Positions 57,511 to 64,000 of a stretch of 64,000 nt of DNA are shown here, in pieces. Within the stretch, counting starts at the first letter, position 1, and every line of letters starts with the position of its first letter. The position numbers and the translations under genes are program-made. The notes under the pieces are model-generated. The model made no database searches. It worked only from the letters and a program-made list of their open reading frames with translations, and had not been told where the DNA came from. This DNA comes from Candidatus Hermodarchaeum yapensis (GTDB lineage: Archaea; Asgardarchaeota; Hermodarchaeia; Hermodarchaeales; Hermodarchaeaceae), in contig JAEOSK010000003.1 in the NCBI GenBank assembly GCA_016840405.1, positions 66,917-130,916 of the forward strand, read 5' to 3'.

Positions 57511-58650
57511 CTAAGCGCTTGCCTTTTTGGCTGTAAATTTTTTGGTGGGTTTCTTCGCAGGTTCTTTGGCGGGCCATCGGCTGCCATGTTCTAATGCACG
57601 GTCGATGGCAATTTCTGCGATAGCGCTGGAATGTTCCAAGATTTTGCCAAAGGCGGAAAAGATGTTTTCGAGACAAAACATGGCTTTCTGATGAGGGCCA
57701 AAGAGGGCACAACTTTCCGGGGTGAGTTTGGGGAGCATTTCTTCGCAGAGCTTGACGAGATGTTGTTCCATGAGTTTTTCGGCGGTTTGACGCATGGGGA
57801 GAAAGTTGTCGATTTCGTTGATGACATGATTTGCGGCTTTATCGTCTCCAAGTAGCATGGCTTCTGCGGAGGTTGCGTAGATGCGATGGACATGGTTGCC
57901 GGTTTTGAGGGCAAGGTTGAGGAGATCTTTGGGGCATTCTTCTTTATCTAAAGAAACGACCGATTCGGCAATGGATTTGGCGTGGTCCGCTACATTTTCG
58001 ATGCGTTGAATGAACATTAGATATGTGAGGCAATCCATTGAGTCAATGCTTAGTTCATTCATGAATCGTGGATCTAGCAGGGCAGCGCGTAGCTGTTTGA
58101 ATACTAGGAAGTAGAACTGGTTAACATCTTCATCGAGCCCGATGACGGTTCGGGCTAATTCAGTGTCGCGAATTTGAAGGGCGGAGAGGGCATCTACGAG
58201 CATGGTGGAAGTGATTCGATGGGCTAGTCGCATGCTTTTGGGAAGGTCGAGTTGGTTTAGTTTCATGAGCGATTGGATGACGATTTCATTTGTGCTGGCA
58301 TCGATGATTTGTAAGCCGGTGAGCATTCGGACGCGCTGTCGGACCAGTGATTGTTGTTCTGGTGTGAAAACCCCAGTCGAACGGATATGGATAATTCCGA
58401 AGTTATTGAGATAGGCGGCAATTAGACGGCGTTCTAAAATGCCTGGTTCGTCTTCTGGATCAACGATGATTTCTTGTTCCGGAGGTGTATCGGTGACCCC
58501 TTTTACAGGGTAAATGGCGAGGGAACCATCGCGTTGGGGAAGCAGTATCACATGATCCGAGGAATCGAGCTTGTATTTCCCTGCCCATGTTTTAGGGATT
58601 GAGATAACGAGCGAGGATTTGCCAAGCCGCATGATTTTTCGTTTTTCCAT
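57511..58650 (-). CDS. phoU: AbrB-PhoU phosphate uptake regulator
   Basis: RKIMRLGKSSLVISIPK.W AbrB domain; D.DVN and IENVADHA PhoU motifs. Confidence 0.9.
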   Translation of the reverse strand: MEKRKIMRLGKSSLVISIPKTWAGKYKLDSSDHVILLPQRDGSLAIYPVKGVTDTPPEQEIIVDPEDEPGILERRLIAAYLNNFGIIHIRSTGVFTPEQQSLVRQRVRMLTGLQIIDASTNEIVIQSLMKLNQLDLPKSMRLAHRITSTMLVDALSALQIRDTELARTVIGLDEDVNQFYFLVFKQLRAALLDPRFMNELSIDSMDCLTYLMFIQRIENVADHAKSIAESVVSLDKEECPKDLLNLALKTGNHVHRIYATSAEAMLLGDDKAANHVINEIDNFLPMRQTAEKLMEQHLVKLCEEMLPKLTPESCALFGPHQKAMFCLENIFSAFGKILEHSSAIAEIAIDRALEHGSRWPAKEPAKKPTKKFTAKKASA

Positions 58651-58839
58651 AGCTCTACCCTTCAAGCACTATAATTTGGGGCTTTGGATAGCTACCCATT
58701 AGGATTGTCTATATATCTTGCTCACCGTCAATATTTTGTATACCAAATCTATGCTGACAATACTTTCACCAAAATTTTGTAATAGGCAATCATTTTAAGA
58801 AAGATTAACAGCCAGCTACCTGATTGCGTTTGAACGTCG

Positions 58840-59139
58840 GTGATAATGTTGGGACAGATGCAGTGTGTTGAAATTATTATTCGTGGTGATCTGTTGTTAC
58901 GTCAGGTCATCAGGAAGGTTGGAGAGCGGTTACAGGAATTGGATATCGATGCAGATTTCAGTTCGACTATTGTAATTCCTCCTTGGCGCATGGCAATTAA
59001 GCTCCAGTATCCCTCTCTGGGCGTTCTACATGCAGAGGTTGATGCTAAAGACATGTTTCGGTTCGAGTCCGTGCTACAAGAGCTTCTTGAACAAGAAAAG
59101 TGTCAGCTTCTTTCGTTCGATAAATTGGAAAAACGTTAA
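58840..59139 (+). CDS. Hypothetical protein
   Basis: About 95-aa ORF directly upstream of the DASS transporter on the same strand. Confidence 0.55.
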   Translation: MIMLGQMQCVEIIIRGDLLLRQVIRKVGERLQELDIDADFSSTIVIPPWRMAIKLQYPSLGVLHAEVDAKDMFRFESVLQELLEQEKCQLLSFDKLEKR

Positions 59140-59170
59140 AACTCTGAGGTACGAACAGGGGTGAGAGGAG

Positions 59171-60628
59171 TTGGCAGATGTCTATAAAGAATCAGAGGGA
59201 ATCCCTCCTGATTCGATAGATACCATCGACGAGGAGGATGAAAAAGCGGAGCAACGTCACTATAGTCCATCCCCGTGGCGACCAAGTAGAAATAAATTCA
59301 TTAAATTACTCGTGAGTTTGATTGTGGCTGTTATCACTTATTTACTCACATCTATGCTTGACCATCAACTACGCATGGCGCTAGTCTTACTTGTGTTAGC
59401 AGCAGCATTATGGATTACCGAATCCATCCCTCTTGCTGCCACTGCGTTGCTGATTGCCCTTCTACAGCCCCTATTTGGTATTCAGGATTTTTCATCAGCT
59501 CTTGCGCCTTTTTTTAACCCAGTCGTAGTACTCCTGCTTGGTGGTTTTCTACTCGCCATCGCTGTCGATAAACACGATTTAGATGAGCGGTTGGGAGAAG
59601 CTCTTCTTTCACGTATGGGCTCTAACCCTCACTGGATTGTCCTGGGACTAATGCTAAGTACAGCCTTTCTTTCCATGTGGATTTCAAACACGGCAGCTGC
59701 AGCTCTCATGATTACTGTGGCGATACCGATTGCTAATCGCGTACAAGATTCTAAAGGGAACCTCCAGAAAATCATGATTTTAGCCGTCGCCTATTCAGCA
59801 ACGTTGGGGGGATTTACTACATTGATTGGAAGTCCGCCTAATGCTTTGGCCGCTGCATTCCTGTTTCCAATCCAACCTATTTCCTTTCTTGGATGGTCCT
59901 TGTACACGCTGCCCCTAGCCATTTTGTTAATTTTCATTACTTGGGGAATGCTGTTTGCTCGATTTCGAACTGACGTGAAGTGGATTCCGCGAGTGAAATC
60001 TACGACCAAACATGATTTGACGGGTATGCAGAAAGGCACACTAGTCATTTTTCTTCTGGCTGTAGTCCTTTGGCTTACTGAATCCTTCCATGGATTAAGT
60101 TCAGCTATGGTTGCGGCATTTATCGCAATTCTCCTCTTCGTCGTCGGACTGCTTGATAGGAGGGATGTAAAGAAGGCAGATTGGAATACCTTACTTCTTT
60201 TTGGTGGTGGTCTTAGTCTAGGAGCGGCTTTGGTGGTTTCAGGATTAACTGATATGTTAGCTGACGGGATAATGCTCTTCGCTCCCGTTTTTGGCTATGT
60301 TGGTGTTGTGGCAATACTAGCGGTGAGCACTTTGTTGGTGAGTATGGTTGCAAGTAACACGGTGAGCGCAAGTATCTTCATTCCGATTTCTATTAGCGTC
60401 GCTGGCTCAATTGGTGCAAACCCCGTAGTCTTTGCTGTGCTCATTGCCATCGCTTCAAGCATTGATTTTATGCTTCCAATAGGAACACCCCCCAATGCTA
60501 TTGCTTATAGCTCTGAAAGAGTAACAATGAAAGATATGGTAACAACTGGCTTTGCCTTGAATATCATTAGTTTGTTGATTTCCCTGGCCTTTGCGTATTT
60601 CCTCTGGCCATTAGTCCCACTGTTATAA
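59171..60628 (+). CDS. DASS/SLC13 family anion transporter
   Basis: MWISNTA, GSPPN, ASNT and PIGTPPNAI motifs. Confidence 0.92.
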   Translation: MADVYKESEGIPPDSIDTIDEEDEKAEQRHYSPSPWRPSRNKFIKLLVSLIVAVITYLLTSMLDHQLRMALVLLVLAAALWITESIPLAATALLIALLQPLFGIQDFSSALAPFFNPVVVLLLGGFLLAIAVDKHDLDERLGEALLSRMGSNPHWIVLGLMLSTAFLSMWISNTAAAALMITVAIPIANRVQDSKGNLQKIMILAVAYSATLGGFTTLIGSPPNALAAAFLFPIQPISFLGWSLYTLPLAILLIFITWGMLFARFRTDVKWIPRVKSTTKHDLTGMQKGTLVIFLLAVVLWLTESFHGLSSAMVAAFIAILLFVVGLLDRRDVKKADWNTLLLFGGGLSLGAALVVSGLTDMLADGIMLFAPVFGYVGVVAILAVSTLLVSMVASNTVSASIFIPISISVAGSIGANPVVFAVLIAIASSIDFMLPIGTPPNAIAYSSERVTMKDMVTTGFALNIISLLISLAFAYFLWPLVPLL

Positions 60629-60647
60629 TCCAAGGGAAGACAAAACG

Positions 60648-61421
60648 ATGTTTGCTGAATATGATCCTGATCATTTAATTAAACGCCTTTTTGGCATTTC
60701 CCCAGAAAACATTGCATCGACTGTGATTCTAGCCCCTACGAGAAGAATTGTTGCAGAATTGGTAAATCAACTTCAGAAGCCACAAACCTTTGGCACCTGG
60801 TTTACAGGTGTGTCAGGGTTTCTGGAAACCGATGTGTTTGTTACTGTGTTGGATAATGTCCGCTATGCCCCTGGCATGGCGGATTGCGTATACTTCCTCC
60901 AATTTGCAGGTGTCAAGAATCTCATTTACACCGGATCCATTGGTGGCCTAGCTAAAGGAATGAAAATTGGGGATTTTATTCTGGTCAAAGAGGCTGAACG
61001 AGGCGACGGGGCCTCGGGCTATTTTTCTCCCATCTATGACCCAGCTATTGCAAATCAGGAATTCCTTGACCAGATTCGCCCAATACTGCAAGCTACTGCG
61101 AATGAGGAAGGCTACCAGCTTTTCGAGGGACGTATCTTTACCACAGATTCGCTGGCTGCTGAAACTGTGGAGTTTCTCACGGCACTTCAAACCCGCGGTT
61201 TTCTAGGTATTGAGATGGAAACGAGTGCCCTGTATGTTGTTGCACGATGCGCAGGAATGCGAGCGGTTGCAGCGCATGTGATTTCGGATTTACCCTTGGA
61301 TAGGAAGACGCTCTTTGATGAATTCACGGATGTAGAAAAAGAAAGGAGAGCAAGCGCGTATTCTCATCTCGTCAACACGTGGGTGAAGGTTGCACGTATC
61401 TTGGCGAGTGAAGAGAGATAG
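60648..61421 (+). CDS. Purine/uridine nucleoside phosphorylase family protein
   Basis: GSIGG, TTD, IEMETSA and VISD motifs. Confidence 0.85.
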   Translation: MFAEYDPDHLIKRLFGISPENIASTVILAPTRRIVAELVNQLQKPQTFGTWFTGVSGFLETDVFVTVLDNVRYAPGMADCVYFLQFAGVKNLIYTGSIGGLAKGMKIGDFILVKEAERGDGASGYFSPIYDPAIANQEFLDQIRPILQATANEEGYQLFEGRIFTTDSLAAETVEFLTALQTRGFLGIEMETSALYVVARCAGMRAVAAHVISDLPLDRKTLFDEFTDVEKERRASAYSHLVNTWVKVARILASEER

Positions 61422-61432
61422 GCGCTGCTGAG

Positions 61433-61765
61433 TTAGGCTTTGCCAACGAAGATTAAGATGACGCCGATGAGCATCAGAATTCCAATGAGAGCGGTGAGGC
61501 TTAGACCTATTCCGCCGACGATGAGGAAGATAATGGCGAAGACGAGAAGTAGGATGAAGTAGGTTGAGTTGTACCGTTTGTTAAGGCGTACACAGAAGAG
61601 GAGTGAGAGGAGTCCGAGCGCTAAATAGAGTATCCCGTAGGCGATACCCATTAAACTCATACCAGCAATCATTGTGATTCCTAGGAAGATAGCGATTATT
61701 GCAGCGATTGCACTAAGAACGATCCCTGTAAATACAAGCGTTTTATTTGAAGCCAATTTTGTCAC
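61433..61765 (-). CDS. Small four-TM membrane protein
   Basis: 110-aa hydrophobic ORF with GAGGTGA RBS. Confidence 0.65.
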   Translation of the reverse strand: MTKLASNKTLVFTGIVLSAIAAIIAIFLGITMIAGMSLMGIAYGILYLALGLLSLLFCVRLNKRYNSTYFILLLVFAIIFLIVGGIGLSLTALIGILMLIGVILIFVGKA

Positions 61766-61830
61766 CTGTCACCTCAATGCTCCTGATGTTCCCTTAAAGG
61801 CTTACGCTGATAGAGAACGAGTGAACGGAT

Positions 61831-63099
61831 TTAGGCTCCAAACATGGGAGACCGGTCGAGATAGCTCATGAGGAGGGGCATTACAGCCATACCGAGGAGG
61901 TGTCCTAATCCGCCTTTGGCACACGCTCTTTCACTGAACTCTTTGACATCATCATTGCGAACCGCATGTCCTACAAGGAGCAGGGGAACGGGATTGCCAG
62001 TATGTTTACCGTTGGTGCTGGAGGTGGTGTGATCACCGGTGATGGCAATATGTGTATAATCCATATCGATGAGTGGGAGAAGCGTCGCCACCATGTGGTC
62101 GAATTTTTCAACCATCTCCATTTTCTTCTTGGGGTTTTTATCATGGGCAGCACTGTCGGTTGGTTTGAAGTGGAGAAAAACGAAATCATGGGTTTCGAGG
62201 GCTTTAGCGGTGGCACGGGCTTTAGCTTCGACATCTGTATCGTAGGTGGCTGTTGCCCCCGGCACGGTGAGTATTTCCATGCCCACGCTACGGGCAACGC
62301 CTTTGTAGAGTGCTCCACCAGCCACACATGCAGCAGAAATGCCGAACATTGTTTTTAATGGGGGAATAACAGGGAGAACACCAGCACCGCGTACGAGAAC
62401 GATATTCGCTTCAAGTTGTCCAGCTTTTTTTCGAGAGGAATTGATGGGGCTTTTTGAAAGAATGCGATGAACTTCACGGGTGAATTCGTTTATTATCTGG
62501 GCTGTTCGTTTGGCTTCTTTTGAATCATCGAGAGGTGTTGCAGCAAGTACTGAATCGCTGAAACCATGTGGATCCGTATCTGAGATTGCGGATGAGAGGT
62601 TTTTTCCACGCAGCACCACGACACAACGATGTTCCACGGTATGTCCGACAATCACTTCAACTTCTGGATGGTTGGGGAGTTTGAGTCCGTTGATGAGTTT
62701 CGCGAGCTTCCGACCTTCAGGGAGGTTCCGTCCGGCTCGTCGATCTAGAACTTCGAAACTGTCATCGCCAGATACTTTGACGGTGGCAAAATTTCCACGA
62801 AATGCCACGTCCGTAGGTTTGAGATCAAGTCCTGCACCGAGGGCTTCGAAGGGTCCACGGCCTGTATAGCAATCCCGAGGATCATATCCGAAAAGAGAGA
62901 GATGACCTGTATCGCTTCCTGGAGGAATGCCCGGTGAAAGTACATGAAGGAGTCCTGTTGCACCCTTTGCAGCAAGTTTATCTAGTGTGGGTTTGGTGGC
63001 TGCTTCCAGGGGGGTTTTGCCTTTCAATGTCGGAATTGGACGGTCGCCAATTCCATCACAGACAATCAGAATCGCTTTTTCAGATTTTTTCGATGGCAT
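61831..63099 (-). CDS. apgM: Archaeal 2,3-BPG-independent phosphoglycerate mutase
   Basis: DGIGDRP, TPLEAA, PGSD, YTGRGPFEA and TGDHTT motifs. Confidence 0.95.
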   Translation of the reverse strand: MPSKKSEKAILIVCDGIGDRPIPTLKGKTPLEAATKPTLDKLAAKGATGLLHVLSPGIPPGSDTGHLSLFGYDPRDCYTGRGPFEALGAGLDLKPTDVAFRGNFATVKVSGDDSFEVLDRRAGRNLPEGRKLAKLINGLKLPNHPEVEVIVGHTVEHRCVVVLRGKNLSSAISDTDPHGFSDSVLAATPLDDSKEAKRTAQIINEFTREVHRILSKSPINSSRKKAGQLEANIVLVRGAGVLPVIPPLKTMFGISAACVAGGALYKGVARSVGMEILTVPGATATYDTDVEAKARATAKALETHDFVFLHFKPTDSAAHDKNPKKKMEMVEKFDHMVATLLPLIDMDYTHIAITGDHTTSSTNGKHTGNPVPLLLVGHAVRNDDVKEFSERACAKGGLGHLLGMAVMPLLMSYLDRSPMFGA

Positions 63100-63208
63100 C
63101 GTGGAGTCTAGCCCCTATGTGCTGGTCCCTCATGAAGGGTTAAAAACCTACTCCCATTACCGAAACAGCAAAAAAGCGGGAAGGGAACAGAGTGGTGGCT
63201 ATTTTGTT

Positions 63209-63283
63209 GCCGAGGTGGCGGAGTGGCCACGCGACAGCCTGCAGAGCTGTTTTATATGGGTTCAAATCCCATCCTCGGCTCCA
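63209..63283 (+). tRNA. tRNA-Cys(GCA), intronless, CCA encoded
   Basis: Acceptor stem GCCGAGG/CCTCGGC, anticodon arm ACAGC-CTGCAGA-GCTGT, T-loop TTCAAAT, U73 then CCA. Confidence 0.95.
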
Positions 63284-63357
63284 CTCTACTTTTGCTACTC
63301 ATAGTTAGGAAAGACCAAATTCTCCTTTCAGAGCGCATCCTCACGAAGTTGAATGTA

Positions 63358-63999
63358 TTAGGCTGCGGAGGTGTCTGGTGGGGTTATGGGTTCGAGTTGG
63401 ATTGGGACGAATACGCCCTTGATGCGCAGTTGGTAGATAGAGATGAGGGCTTCGCGTTTGTCTGTTTTCGCGGCGGTGAGATAGGTGCTCAGGATTTGCC
63501 CTAGGAATACGTATTCGCGGTCGAGGGTTAGTTCTTTGGAGAGTTTGTAGATGTCGGATTCGAGGGAGGTGAGTTGGACGTTGCGTGGTTTGCGTTTAGC
63601 GACGGAGTGGGGATGTCGAAGGGAGATGAGGAAGATTTCTTCGACGAGGTCTGAGGCGCCATTGAATTGGTCAACACGTCCAGCCCAATTCTCGAAATCT
63701 TTGTGGTAGCGTTTTTCGAAGGCGGTGGTGAAGTTTTCGAGGCGGTTCCGTAATTGGTCACTGGGTTGGCCGCTGAGTACGAGGGCGTTGCGGACAAAGT
63801 GTCCGTCATGAATGAGGATGCGGAAGCCTTCGTAGGTGAGTTCTCGGAGGGTGGCTTCTTCTTTTTTGCCGTTGGCGAGACCAGGGCTGTCGGCTAGGTC
63901 GTGTCCGAAGGTGGAAATGGCTTGGAGGAAGCCGGCAACGAGGGTGGCATCCTGGCTTTCTGCGGCGAAGGGATCGAAGACACATATTCCACTTTCTTT
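63358..63999 (-). CDS. C-terminal part of a large Asgard-type protein: longin-like domain plus winged-helix-like tail (5' end outside window; absent from the ORF track)
   Basis: Hand translation KESGICVFDP...DATLVAGFLQAISTFG...FEKRY..DFENWAGRVDQF...EALISIYQLRIKGVF, ending at TAA 63358. Confidence 0.8.
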   Translation of the reverse strand, partial: KESGICVFDPFAAESQDATLVAGFLQAISTFGHDLADSPGLANGKKEEATLRELTYEGFRILIHDGHFVRNALVLSGQPSDQLRNRLENFTTAFEKRYHKDFENWAGRVDQFNGASDLVEEIFLISLRHPHSVAKRKPRNVQLTSLESDIYKLSKELTLDREYVFLGQILSTYLTAAKTDKREALISIYQLRIKGVFVPIQLEPITPPDTSAA

Positions 64000-64000
64000 G

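Noticed and set aside
63209-63360. tRNA-Cys as an integration site
   Set aside because: No duplicated tRNA 3' end or integrase lies within the window.
592-63809. Numerous 60-190 aa ORFs antisense to or overlapping well-supported genes (e.g. 9420..9848, 15732..16181, 48134..48694, 63223..63504)
   Set aside because: They are shadow ORFs with no motifs, lying over confidently assigned CDSs or the tRNA.
1-64000. CRISPR arrays, rRNA genes, intact IS/transposases or integrases
   Set aside because: None were recognised: no regularly spaced repeats and no transposase or recombinase motifs.

Overview
Gene-dense archaeal chromosome segment, most likely from an Asgard archaeon. The evidence is two longin-type eukaryotic-signature-like proteins, archaeal BRE/TATA promoters, and apgM, nre and PhoU-AbrB genes. 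It carries a scattered H4MPT/methanofuran C1 pathway (fwdB, fwdA, fwdC, ftr, mch), an hdrA-hdrA-mvhDGA operon without hdrBC, and metVF next to a core MetE-like methyltransferase. It also holds serine dehydratase, an ECF transporter, a copper-export locus, two PAS-kinase/receiver systems, DNA-repair genes and tRNA-Cys. The most unusual items are: (1) a PD-(D/E)XK HsdR-N-type nuclease domain fused in frame to the PadR-TRASH copper regulator upstream of copA; (2) a decayed AT-rich insertion that replaced the last 75 codons of metF and left a second intact copy of that tail 1.3 kb downstream, with a broken Schlafen/AlbA gene between the copies; (3) an ECF importer with three Cys-less sulfite-oxidase-like (molybdopterin-binding fold) domains, a candidate pterin-cofactor scavenger. 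All family assignments come from motif recognition by eye; no searches were run.
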